Below are positions 16,057-24,706 of a stretch of 28,493 bases of DNA, piece by piece. Both the position numbers and the translations under genes were made by a program. The stretch is from contig JAZGDW010000052.1 in assembly GCA_036478295.1 (NCBI GenBank), positions 1 through 28,493 of the forward strand, given 5' to 3'. The notes beneath the pieces are model-generated. The model did no database searches. It had not been told where the DNA came from and was given only the letters and a program-made list of their open reading frames with translations. How positions within the stretch are numbered: position 1 is the stretch's first letter; each line of letters starts with the position of its first letter. The stretch is from Candidatus Krumholzibacteriia bacterium. GTDB lineage: Bacteria > Krumholzibacteriota > Krumholzibacteriia > WVZY01.

Positions 16057-17457
16057 ATGGAGCTTGTTCGAGAGACCGGTCCGTCCAAGAAAGGTCTGGC
16101 CGCCTTGTTGGTGGCGAGCGTTCTTCTCGGGACGCTGTCGTTGACCTTCCAGTATTTCCTCCCTGTCAGCCTTCTGCAGATCGTGGCCGCCGGCCTGGGC
16201 GCCGCGGTCGTCGGGTTTCTCATCTTCGCCTACCCGAAATACGGACTCCTGGGGGCGGTGTTCTACATTTACGCCGACCTGACCTTCATCTTCAAAATGC
16301 ATCTGTCCTATCCGATCGTGGTGATCGTCGCGCTGGCGGTTTTGTTCAGGCTTCTGCGCGGCGACGAGTTAAGAGGGCCGAGCCGGGAGTTCAGCGGCAC
16401 GGTGGCGCTCTTCACCCTGCTGGCACTCGGTTCGATGCTCTTCTCTCATGACGTGGGACAGTCGATGGCCGGCTTTTCGCAGCACGTAAAGGTCATCGTC
16501 ATGGTGTACCTCGTCGTGCAGCTCCTGCGAACTCCCGACGACCTGGATCTGTTCGCGCTGGTTATCTTTCTCGGGAGCATCGCCTCGATTATCCTCGGCG
16601 TCCTGGCCATCATCGTTGTGGGGCTGGCGGAGGTGGACGTATCGGCAATAGGACAATACGGGGGGATCATCCGCTTTGGGGGAACGCATCCCAATGCAAA
16701 CGCCGCGGCGGTCTACATGATATCCGCACTGCCCATGGGGGCGTATCTCATGATCCGGCAGCGCCGCATGCTGTACCGCGTGGCGATCGGGCTGGGGATT
16801 CTGGTCCTGTTTGCGGGCGCCGTCTTTACGTTTTCGCGCCAGGGGATATTCTCGCTCGTTTTCATTGTGGCGGCGATTCTCGTCCGCGAGGCGAGGAGCC
16901 GCAAGATCTACGTGACCGCGTTCATCACCGTCTTCATATCGATTCTGCTGACACCGTCTCTCTACTGGATGCGTATCCTCTCGATCGGTGATTATCTGGC
17001 GGGCCGGAGCACCGACTGGTCGATCATGCTGCGCATCACCGCGCTCAAGAAGGCGTGGAGCCTTTTTCTCGAAAACCCCCTGACCGGTGTCGGAATGAAC
17101 AATTTTGTCGTGCGGGCCGGCAGCGACCTTTTCGTGAAGATCGGCCCGCACAACATGTACCTCGAGATTCTGGTCGGCATGGGGGTGGTTGGATTCCTGT
17201 CGTTCCTGGCGGTACATTTTTCCGCCTACCGCGCGTTCCGAAGGGTGATGCGGGGGCGCAGCGACCGGAACGACCGCGTCGGCCGCTTTGCCTTCTACTT
17301 GCTTCTTGCCTATCTGGCGACGTTGATCAGCGGAATGTTCCAGTCGATCACGTTCTACTACCTCGTCTGGCTGCCCGTGGCCGGTGGTCTGGCGGTGGAC
17401 CGCATCGCCCGTGGAGCAGGTGAGAATCCAGCTTCGGTGAAACTAAATACCCCCTGA
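16057..17457 (+). CDS. O-antigen ligase/polymerase (Wzy_C) family protein
   Basis: About 12 TM segments; RFGGTHPNAN, TFSRQG, R......AW.LF.ENPLTGVGMNNF and PHNMYLEILV..GVVG motifs. Starts 2 nt after the Wzz-like stop. Confidence 0.88.
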   Translation: MELVRETGPSKKGLAALLVASVLLGTLSLTFQYFLPVSLLQIVAAGLGAAVVGFLIFAYPKYGLLGAVFYIYADLTFIFKMHLSYPIVVIVALAVLFRLLRGDELRGPSREFSGTVALFTLLALGSMLFSHDVGQSMAGFSQHVKVIVMVYLVVQLLRTPDDLDLFALVIFLGSIASIILGVLAIIVVGLAEVDVSAIGQYGGIIRFGGTHPNANAAAVYMISALPMGAYLMIRQRRMLYRVAIGLGILVLFAGAVFTFSRQGIFSLVFIVAAILVREARSRKIYVTAFITVFISILLTPSLYWMRILSIGDYLAGRSTDWSIMLRITALKKAWSLFLENPLTGVGMNNFVVRAGSDLFVKIGPHNMYLEILVGMGVVGFLSFLAVHFSAYRAFRRVMRGRSDRNDRVGRFAFYLLLAYLATLISGMFQSITFYYLVWLPVAGGLAVDRIARGAGENPASVKLNTP

Positions 17458-17463
17458 AGCGTA
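17438..17463 (+). promoter_or_regulatory. Putative ECF-sigma promoter (TGAAAC-N16-CGTA)
   Basis: TGAAAC (17438-17443), 16-nt spacer, CGTA (17460-17463), upstream of the PDZ gene and overlapping the last codons of the ligase gene. Confidence 0.5.
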
Positions 17464-17533
17464 CAAGAAACCAGTTACACGTAATTCTTTGAGGCTCAAC
17501 CTTCAGGAGGGATGGACGCCCAGTCCGCAAGCC

Positions 17534-18526
17534 ATGCGACACGTAAAATCGACCCTACAGACCCGGTTGTCCCCGAAGCGCCTGGCGGTGCTGTTGGGGG
17601 CAGCGGTGTTCCTATTTGGGGTGGCCGGCGCTCCCATGTCACCCGCGTTTGCCGGCAAGAAGGACAGGAAGCACCGCAGGGTGCACGAGATCAAAATCCG
17701 CTCCGGCGCCTTTCTGGGTGTCAAGATGCAGGAACTGACCGACGAGGTCCGGGACGGCCTGAGTATCAAGCCGAAGAGCGGCGTTCTGATCAACGACGTC
17801 GTCGAAGACAGCCCGGCGGAGAAAGCCGGGATCGAGGACGGAGACGTCATCGTAAAATTCGGCCGCAAAAAAGTCACCAGCCCCGAACAACTCAGTGAAC
17901 TGGTGGCCGACGCCGAGGCCGGTGACGAGGTGAAAATCGAGCTCTACCGCGACAACAAGTCCAAGACGGTCAAAGTGACGCTGGGAGACTGGAGCGACCA
18001 GCCGGCTGTCAGCTTCGTAACGCCCGGTGATTTCGATTTTGATTTCGGGGGGGGCGCGCGGTCTTTCGTCAGCGCTTTCAGACCGTTCCGCCTGGGTGTG
18101 CAGGTGTCCGAACTCAACGAAAACCTGGCGCCGTACTTCGGGGTCAAGAAGGGCGAAGGGATTCTGGTCCTCGAAGTCCACGACGAGTCCTCTGCCGAGG
18201 AAGCCGGTGTGAAAGCGGGCGACGTCATCGTCGACATAGCGGGCAATGACATCGAGTCCATAGGCGATATCCACGAAGCGATGTCCGAAATGGACACCGG
18301 GGATGATTTCGAGATGACCGTGGTGCGTAAGAAGAAAAAGGTCACGCTCAAGGGCGAGGTGAGCGAACACAGCCGCGCCTTCTTCGGAGACGGCACCTTT
18401 TCGCGCCTCGGACGGGCGCCGCACATGCGGATTATGCGAGACGACGATCTCAAGAAAGAAATGAAGCAGCTGCGCAAAGAGCTGGAGGAAATCAAAAAGG
18501 AGATCAAGAAGTCTAAGTCCAGCTAA
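17534..18526 (+). CDS. Exported twin-PDZ-domain protein with C-terminal coiled coil and no protease domain
   Basis: Signal peptide (..SPAFA|G), PDZ1 (AFLGV..GVLINDVVEDSPAEKAGIEDGDVIV), PDZ2 (RLGVQV..GILVLEV...SSAEEAGVKAGDVIV) and the heptad tail LKKEMKQLRKELEEIKKEI. ATG 17534 preferred over TTG 17489. Confidence 0.82.
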   Translation: MRHVKSTLQTRLSPKRLAVLLGAAVFLFGVAGAPMSPAFAGKKDRKHRRVHEIKIRSGAFLGVKMQELTDEVRDGLSIKPKSGVLINDVVEDSPAEKAGIEDGDVIVKFGRKKVTSPEQLSELVADAEAGDEVKIELYRDNKSKTVKVTLGDWSDQPAVSFVTPGDFDFDFGGGARSFVSAFRPFRLGVQVSELNENLAPYFGVKKGEGILVLEVHDESSAEEAGVKAGDVIVDIAGNDIESIGDIHEAMSEMDTGDDFEMTVVRKKKKVTLKGEVSEHSRAFFGDGTFSRLGRAPHMRIMRDDDLKKEMKQLRKELEEIKKEIKKSKSS

Positions 18527-18549
18527 GCTGGCTGTACAATGTGGAGCGG

Positions 18550-18581
18550 AACGGGGCACGAGAGCGGGTGCCCCGTTTTTT
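18550..18581 (+). terminator. Rho-independent terminator
   Basis: AACGGGGCAC-gagagcgg-GTGCCCCGTT with a T6 run (18576-18581), between convergent genes. Confidence 0.85.
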
Positions 18582-18595
18582 GTGGCGGGCCCGCC

Positions 18596-19687
18596 CTATC
18601 GGGTGAGAAGTGCGTCGTAAACGAGCAGCAACTTGCCGAGTGCCGCAGACATCGAGAAGTTACGCCCTACCAGTTCGGGGCCGCATGTGCGTGCGTTCTC
18701 CAGCAATTCGTCATCCGCAAGCACGCGCAGGATGGCGTCGGCAAGCACGCCCGGCCGGTCGTCTTCGACCATCGCTCCCGTCCGGCCCTCTACGATGAGA
18801 TCCGATACGTCGCCGCTCGGCGTCGCGATGACCGGTACCCCCTCGGCCAGCGCCTCGATGGCCGCGTTGGGCAGCCCTTCGTATGCCGACGGCAGGACAA
18901 AGCAGTGCAGCTTTCTCAACACGCCGGCAACCTCGAGGCGAGGTTCGAGAAAATCGACCCATTCTCCAAGACCCAGCTCCTCCACGCGGCGCAACAGTGA
19001 GCCTTTCTCGTGGCCGCTCCCCATCAGGACCAACCGCGAGCGGGGATTCTTGCGACGGACCTCGGCGAAGGCCTCGATCAGCAGATTCAGCCGCTTCTGG
19101 GCGGTGAAGCGGCCGACGCTGCCGATGACCTTGTCACCGTTCGCCGATGGGAGTGGTCTCGCGTCGCCGCTCGGGTCCTCCGTCCAGTTGGTAATGTACG
19201 CCACGCGCCCGGGATCCACTCGAATCTTTTCGATCAGCAGGTGACGCCCCGCCCGCGAGTTCACCAGCACACGGTCGGCACGACGCAGCATCCACGACAA
19301 CATCGCCGCCCGGACGCCGGTGAGACGCAGGCGATCGTTTCGCAGCGACAGCATGACGGGCCTGCCGAGCACCCGCGCCGACAGATAGGCGTAGACATTC
19401 GCCGCGTCGAGAAAACCGTGGACCAGGTCCGCGCCGGTGTCCTTCAGGGCGCGGCCGAGCCCCCACAATCTGCCGACATCGTTGTTCGTGCGTCGCGAGA
19501 GTGATATAACCTGGATACCCTCGGCCCGTATGGTGTTCGCGAACGGTTCCAGGTTGCGGGACATCGAGATGACAACCGGGATGTAGCGGTCCGGTAAGGC
19601 CCGCACGAGGAGCGACAGTTGTTTCTGTGCACCGCCGTAAGTGAGGTCGTCGATGACGTACGCGATTTTTTGAGGCGTCCCGGTCAT
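18596..19687 (-). CDS. Glycosyltransferase family 4
   Basis: Real start is ATG 19687 (MTGTPQKIAYVIDDLTYGGAQKQL; SD-like GGGGTGG). Motifs DLVHGFL, VNS, GSVGRF..QKR and PSAYEGLPNAAIEA (E-x7-E). The longer ORF-track start overlaps the divergent gene. Confidence 0.9.
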   Translation of the reverse strand: MTGTPQKIAYVIDDLTYGGAQKQLSLLVRALPDRYIPVVISMSRNLEPFANTIRAEGIQVISLSRRTNNDVGRLWGLGRALKDTGADLVHGFLDAANVYAYLSARVLGRPVMLSLRNDRLRLTGVRAAMLSWMLRRADRVLVNSRAGRHLLIEKIRVDPGRVAYITNWTEDPSGDARPLPSANGDKVIGSVGRFTAQKRLNLLIEAFAEVRRKNPRSRLVLMGSGHEKGSLLRRVEELGLGEWVDFLEPRLEVAGVLRKLHCFVLPSAYEGLPNAAIEALAEGVPVIATPSGDVSDLIVEGRTGAMVEDDRPGVLADAILRVLADDELLENARTCGPELVGRNFSMSAALGKLLLVYDALLTR

Positions 19688-19738
19688 TGCAGTCCACCCC
19701 ACTGTAAGACATGGTGGCGGCTGTTTGCTACAAAATAC

Positions 19739-19767
19739 TTGGGCGGCCATGAGCCACATGCTACATT
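19739..19767 (+). promoter_or_regulatory. Possible extended -10 sigma70 promoter
   Basis: TTGGGC (19739-19744), 17-nt spacer, TACATT (19762-19767) with a TG extension, in the divergent gap. Confidence 0.35.
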
Positions 19768-19792
19768 TCTGGGGCCGGTGAGGAAGGCGACC

Positions 19793-20944
19793 ATGCACAT
19801 CGTTTGGTTTTCGGAAATCAAGTGGGATTACCTCAAGACCCGTAAGCAGCAGATCATCAGCCGCAAGCCGGCCGACCTGCAGCTGCTGTTTCTCGAGCCG
19901 TTCGTCAAAGGGCGCCGGAACGTCTTTCGGTTGCGAAAGGAAGGGGACATCTTCTGTGCCACGATTCCGTTCGTAAAAACGGCGCCGACGGCCGTGTGGC
20001 GGAGTGTCTTGGACCGGCAAGCGGCGCGCCTGGCGGTGGACCTGGTGGCCCGTACCCGGATCCGTAGCCTGCTGCGCGGCCTCAAGTTCGACCCGCCGCG
20101 AGTGGGCTTCGTCATCTCCAACATCTACGCTGCTGACATCGCCATCAGCCTGCCGAAGAAATTCCTCTTGTACGATTGCAACGACGACCACTCGAAGTTC
20201 CCCGGCATGCGATCGTGGACCGAGGCCTATTTTTACCGGACGTCGAGAAACGCCGATTCGGTTTTTGCGTCTTCACGGGCCCTGCTCGAAAAGGTCGCCA
20301 ACGTACGCGGGAATGCTCGCGAGTGCCACTACCTGGGCAACGGTGTCGACTTCGCGCATTTTCAGAACGGCACGGCAGACACCGAGCATGCCCCTCGCCA
20401 GGGGACACCCCGCATCGGTTACATCGGGGCGTTGGCTCCGTGGGTGGATTTTGACGCGACGGCCGAGCTGGCCCGACGCCACCCCGAATGGGAAATCGTA
20501 CTGGTGGGACCGATACTGCACAGGGTAGACGAGCAGGTCCTCAAGCTCACCTCGCTGCCGAACGTATTTCACCTGCCCGCGGTGCCGTACGATCGGCTGC
20601 CCGGCATCCTGAGACAATTCACGCTGGGTCTCATCCCGTTTCGCTACAACGAGCTGACCGCCGGGGTGAATCCCAACAAACTGTATGAATACCTGGCCGC
20701 GGGCCTGCCCGTCGTGTCGACCCGTTTTTCCGAGGAAGTTCAGAAGTACCCCGATGTGGTAAAATCGGTAGACCCGGGAGATGATTTTGTGCGAGCGTGC
20801 GAGGAGACGCTCCAAGCAGTTTCCGATCCGGGCGCCCGGAGCCGGATTGCGGAGAGGGCGCGGCAAGCAGCTCGCGAGAACGATTGGGACGTTATCGCGA
20901 AAACGTTCTGGAATAAGGTCAGAGAAATGACGGATTCTCCATGA
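19793..20944 (+). CDS. Glycosyltransferase, GT4 TuaH-like
   Basis: Start ATG 19793 with SD GAGGAAGG. Motifs W.....RKQQI, YDCNDDH, NGVDFAHF, GYIGAL..WVD and NPNKLYEYLAAGLPVVST. Confidence 0.88.
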   Translation: MHIVWFSEIKWDYLKTRKQQIISRKPADLQLLFLEPFVKGRRNVFRLRKEGDIFCATIPFVKTAPTAVWRSVLDRQAARLAVDLVARTRIRSLLRGLKFDPPRVGFVISNIYAADIAISLPKKFLLYDCNDDHSKFPGMRSWTEAYFYRTSRNADSVFASSRALLEKVANVRGNARECHYLGNGVDFAHFQNGTADTEHAPRQGTPRIGYIGALAPWVDFDATAELARRHPEWEIVLVGPILHRVDEQVLKLTSLPNVFHLPAVPYDRLPGILRQFTLGLIPFRYNELTAGVNPNKLYEYLAAGLPVVSTRFSEEVQKYPDVVKSVDPGDDFVRACEETLQAVSDPGARSRIAERARQAARENDWDVIAKTFWNKVREMTDSP

Positions 20945-20986
20945 CACTGGACGGCTAAGCGGAAACCGCCCAAGGGGGCTGTGGTA

Positions 20987-21712
20987 ATGATCAAGGAAGC
21001 GGGTAACGGCGATGCGGCTCCGGCGGCCGCCAGTGGAACTCTCTTCTCGCGACTGACGTGGACCATACAGTCGCCGAAGTTGTTGTTTGCGGATATCGAG
21101 GCGGGGGTGGCGTGGTGGGAGCCGTGGATGTGGGTGTCCGTGTTGAACATGCTGGTCGCGTATATCAGCGTGCCGATCCAGCTCCAGCTGGTTCGGTTGA
21201 ATCCGGGCAACGTCCCGTCCGATCAGCTCCAGCGAACGATCGAGCAAATGGAGAAGTTCGGGTTTCTGGGCGTTATCTCGACGCCGGTCGCGGTCTTGGT
21301 TACCAGTTTGATCATCGCCGGCATCGCCTATCTGGTCGTAAGCGTAATTTCAGACACCTCGAGCTTCAAGAAGTTTTTCACGATCTACTTGTACGCGAGC
21401 ATTGTTTCTTCTCTGGGACTCCTCATCGGCACCGTGCTCACGCGAATGAAGGGTGTCGAGAACATACACGCGCCGGAGGACGCCGTAGCGTCTTTCGGCC
21501 CGGCGCTGCTTGTGCCTTCAGGTCACAACATCCTCAACCCGATCCTCTCCAGTTTCGACGTTTTCTACATCTGGTTCTACGCGCTGGTTGCGATGGGAGT
21601 CGCTCATGTATTCCACGTGGGCAGGCGGACGGCCGTACTCGCTGTTATTCCTCTGTGGTTGCTGTTCGTGCTCATCTCCCTGGTGAGTTCGAGGCTCGGC
21701 GTAGCGCCATAA
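20987..21712 (+). CDS. Yip1 family membrane protein
   Basis: I.SP...F..I......W..P pattern, about 5 TM segments and L...DVF.IW...L..MG. ATG 20987 with a GGGGG SD (alternative start GTG 20981). Confidence 0.78.
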   Translation: MIKEAGNGDAAPAAASGTLFSRLTWTIQSPKLLFADIEAGVAWWEPWMWVSVLNMLVAYISVPIQLQLVRLNPGNVPSDQLQRTIEQMEKFGFLGVISTPVAVLVTSLIIAGIAYLVVSVISDTSSFKKFFTIYLYASIVSSLGLLIGTVLTRMKGVENIHAPEDAVASFGPALLVPSGHNILNPILSSFDVFYIWFYALVAMGVAHVFHVGRRTAVLAVIPLWLLFVLISLVSSRLGVAP

Positions 21713-21760
21713 AGCGTTGCCACGCAGTTCGTTGGTCTACTCCGGCACAGTGTGGCGACG

Positions 21761-21790
21761 TTGACAACGCCTCGGGTGAAGTGATAGAAT
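21761..21790 (+). promoter_or_regulatory. Putative sigma70 promoter of the EF-G2-yebC-ruvCAB-queA operon
   Basis: TTGACA (21761-21766), 18-nt spacer, TAGAAT (21785-21790) with a TG extension. Strong SD GAGGAGG at 21841-21847. Confidence 0.7.
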
Positions 21791-21853
21791 CCGATACTAA
21801 AGCATTATCAAAGCGCGACCTATGGGGTCGGGGGTTACTAGAGGAGGAATAAG

Positions 21854-23923
21854 GTGAAGGATTACGATACCGGGCAAATCAGAAACATCGCCCTGGTCGG
21901 CCATCAGGACACTGGCAAGACGACCCTTGCCGAGGCGATGTTGTTCGCGGCGGGAGCCATCGACCGAATGGGCCGGGTCGAGGACGGTCATTCCACAATG
22001 GACACGTCACCCGAAGAACACGAACGCAAGATATCCATCCAGTCCTCGCTGGCGTTTTGCGAACACAATAACCACAAAATCAATCTCATAGACACACCGG
22101 GCTACGAGGACTTCGTGGGCGAAGTGCTTGCGCCGCTCGACGTGGTCGAGTCCGCGATGATGGTCGTGCGCGCAGACGGCGGCGTCGAGGTGGGCACGGA
22201 AAAAGTATGGACCTATCTGCGCGAAAAGAACCTTCCCACCTGCTTCTGCATCAACCGCATGGATAAGGAAAACGCCGATTTCGACAGCGTGATCAAAGAA
22301 ATGCAGGAACACTTCGGCCGCAAGGTGCTGCCGTTGCAGATCCCCATCGGACGGGGAGAGTCGTTCAAGGGTGTTGTAGAACTCCTGGGCAAGAGGGCCT
22401 ACGAATTCTCGACGGACGGCGAGGGAAAGACGACGGCAGTGGATATTCCCGCGGAACTCGCCGACAAAGTGGACACGTGGCGGCGCGAGCTGTTTGAAGC
22501 GGCGGCGGAAAACGACGAGACGCTGATGGAAAAGTACCTGGAGTCCGATTCGCTGACCGATGCGGAGGCGATCCAGGGACTCGCCGCGGGCGTTCTGGCC
22601 GGAGACCTCTACCCCGTCGTGTGTGTGTCGGCGGAAAAGAACATGGGAGCGGCGGGGATTCTCGATAGTATCGTCAATCTCATGCCCTCGCCCGAGCAGT
22701 TGCCCAAGAAGGACGCGGAAGGCGCCGAGCTCAAAGCGGATCCGGCGGGCGCGGCTGCGGCCAAGATCTTCAAGAACGTATCCGAGTCGCACGTCGGGGA
22801 CATGCTCTTTGTGCGAGTGTATCGCGGTACGCTTGCCGGCGGGCACGACATCTACAATTCGACCCGGAATACCGGCGACCGTCTTGGCCAACTCTTTTAT
22901 CTGCGGGGCAAGCACCGAACCGAAACGGCGCAGATCGCGGCCGGCGACATGGGCGCCGCGGTCAAACTGAAGAACGCTCACGTGGGCGACACATTGTGCG
23001 ACAAGAACGGTCAGGTCACCCTGCCGCCGACGGAATATCCCAAACCGTCCATTTTCTCCGCCATCTCGGCGGCGGCCAAGGGAGACGAGGACAAAATCGG
23101 CACGGGCTTGAACCGTCTCAAAGAAGAAGACCCCACGTTCGACGTACGCGTCGATGCGGAGGTCAACCAGACTCTCATTTCGGGACAAGGTGAGCTCCAC
23201 CTCGAGATCCTGGTTGGGCGTCTCAAGACGCGTTACGGTGTCAACGTCGTGCTGTCGAAGCCGCGAATTCCCTACAAAGAGACCATCAAGAAGGCGGCCC
23301 AGGCGCAGGGCAAGTACAAGAAACAAACCGGAGGGCGGGGCCAATACGGCGATGTGTGGCTCAAGCTGGAGCGGCTGACCCGGGGGGAACAGTTCGAGTT
23401 CGTGAACGCGATCGTGGGGGGCGTGGTTCCCGGCAAGTTCGTACCGGCGGTGGAAAAGGGTGTGGTGGCGACTATGGCGGGTGGGGTGCTGGCCGGTTAC
23501 CCGGTGGTCGACGTCAAGGTGACGCTCTATGACGGTAGCTACCACAACGTCGACTCGTCGGAGCAGGCGTTCAAGGTGGCCGGTTCGATGGCTTTCAAGA
23601 AGGCCGCGGCGGACGCGAAAACGGTGCTTCTTGAACCGATCCTGAACGTCGAGGTCAAAGTGCCCGAGGAATTCATGGGCGATGTCATGGGAGATCTGAG
23701 CGGCCGGCGGGGCAAGATCCAGGGAATGGAACCGGCGGGACCGTTCACCGTCGTCAAATGCCAGGTACCGCTGGCAGAGCTCTACCGTTATTCGACACAC
23801 CTGCGTTCGATGACGCAGGGCCGCGGCACTCACAAGCGCGAGTTTTCACACTACGAAGAAGTGCCGCACGAAAACGCGTTGAAAATCATTGCGGAAGCGG
23901 AGAAGGAGAAAGGGCACGATTAA
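21854..23923 (+). CDS. fusA: Elongation factor G paralogue (EF-G II / EF-G2)
   Basis: Full five-domain EF-G with divergent G-domain motifs (GHQDTGKTT, EEHERKISI, DTPGYEDF, NRMD) and conserved EEDPTF, GQGELHLEI, KQTGGRGQYG, GSYHNVDSS and LRSMTQGRG. It is not in an rpsL-rpsG-tuf context. Confidence 0.93.
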   Translation: MKDYDTGQIRNIALVGHQDTGKTTLAEAMLFAAGAIDRMGRVEDGHSTMDTSPEEHERKISIQSSLAFCEHNNHKINLIDTPGYEDFVGEVLAPLDVVESAMMVVRADGGVEVGTEKVWTYLREKNLPTCFCINRMDKENADFDSVIKEMQEHFGRKVLPLQIPIGRGESFKGVVELLGKRAYEFSTDGEGKTTAVDIPAELADKVDTWRRELFEAAAENDETLMEKYLESDSLTDAEAIQGLAAGVLAGDLYPVVCVSAEKNMGAAGILDSIVNLMPSPEQLPKKDAEGAELKADPAGAAAAKIFKNVSESHVGDMLFVRVYRGTLAGGHDIYNSTRNTGDRLGQLFYLRGKHRTETAQIAAGDMGAAVKLKNAHVGDTLCDKNGQVTLPPTEYPKPSIFSAISAAAKGDEDKIGTGLNRLKEEDPTFDVRVDAEVNQTLISGQGELHLEILVGRLKTRYGVNVVLSKPRIPYKETIKKAAQAQGKYKKQTGGRGQYGDVWLKLERLTRGEQFEFVNAIVGGVVPGKFVPAVEKGVVATMAGGVLAGYPVVDVKVTLYDGSYHNVDSSEQAFKVAGSMAFKKAAADAKTVLLEPILNVEVKVPEEFMGDVMGDLSGRRGKIQGMEPAGPFTVVKCQVPLAELYRYSTHLRSMTQGRGTHKREFSHYEEVPHENALKIIAEAEKEKGHD

Positions 23924-23935
23924 CCCTGGGTGAAT

Positions 23936-24679
23936 ATGTCCGGTCATTCCAAGTGGTCAACGATCAAGCGCAAGAAGGGTGCTAAGGACGCCGCCCGCGG
24001 CAAGCTCTTCGGCAAGCTCATCCGCGAAATTACAGTCGCGGCAACGCAGGGTGGGGGAGACCCGGCGAACAACACACGGCTGCGCCTGGCCATGCAGACG
24101 GCCAAAGACAACAACATGCCGAACGACAATGTAGCTCGCGCGATCAAGAAGGGCACGGGCGGCGGGGAGGGAGCGATTTTCGAAGAGGTGATTTACGAGG
24201 GATACGGCCCAGGCGGCGTGGCATTGATGATCGACACTTTAACGGACAACAAGAACCGCACCGCTGGGGCGGTAAGGCACGCGCTCACCAAGCACGACGG
24301 CAACCTTGGTGAGAACGGGTGCGTGGCGTGGGCTTTTCACACCAAGGGCGTCATCTGGGTTGCCAAGGACCAGGCTGGCGAGGAGACGCTGTTCAACATC
24401 GCGATAGACGCGGGGGCCGACGACGTACGCGATGACGATGACGGTTTTGAGATCATCTGCGCCGACAAGGATTTCGAAGCCGTGCGAGACGCGATCTCGG
24501 AATCGGGCATCGAGATCCAGTCCGCGTCGATCCAGCGGGTGCCGGACAACGTGATCAAACTCGATGGGAACGACGCCCGCAAGATCATCCGGTTGATGGA
24601 TGCCCTCGAGGATCTCGAAGATGTTCAGGCAGTCAGCGCCAATTTCGACGTGCCCAGCGAGATCCTGCAGGAGGGGTGA
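23936..24679 (+). CDS. yebC: YebC/PmpR (TACO1) family protein
   Basis: MSGHSKWSTIKRKKG..DA.RGK.F, YEGYGPGGVA, TDNKNRT and LEDLEDVQ.V..N. Confidence 0.96.
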   Translation: MSGHSKWSTIKRKKGAKDAARGKLFGKLIREITVAATQGGGDPANNTRLRLAMQTAKDNNMPNDNVARAIKKGTGGGEGAIFEEVIYEGYGPGGVALMIDTLTDNKNRTAGAVRHALTKHDGNLGENGCVAWAFHTKGVIWVAKDQAGEETLFNIAIDAGADDVRDDDDGFEIICADKDFEAVRDAISESGIEIQSASIQRVPDNVIKLDGNDARKIIRLMDALEDLEDVQAVSANFDVPSEILQEG

Positions 24680-24706
24680 GATCTCGCAGCTGGGGGGATC
24701 GTTGCC

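Noticed and set aside
19619..20191. Apparent 570-nt head-to-head overlap of two glycosyltransferase ORFs
   Set aside because: An artefact of longest-ORF starts. The real starts at 19687 (-) and 19793 (+) leave a 105-nt divergent gap.
20961..20986. GGAAAC-N16-GGTA as a second ECF promoter before the Yip1 gene
   Set aside because: It is mismatched, and its -10 element abuts the likely ATG, so the start codon would not be transcribed.
22007..23833. 608-aa antisense ORF inside EF-G2
   Set aside because: An antisense shadow of a conserved, codon-biased gene; no motifs.
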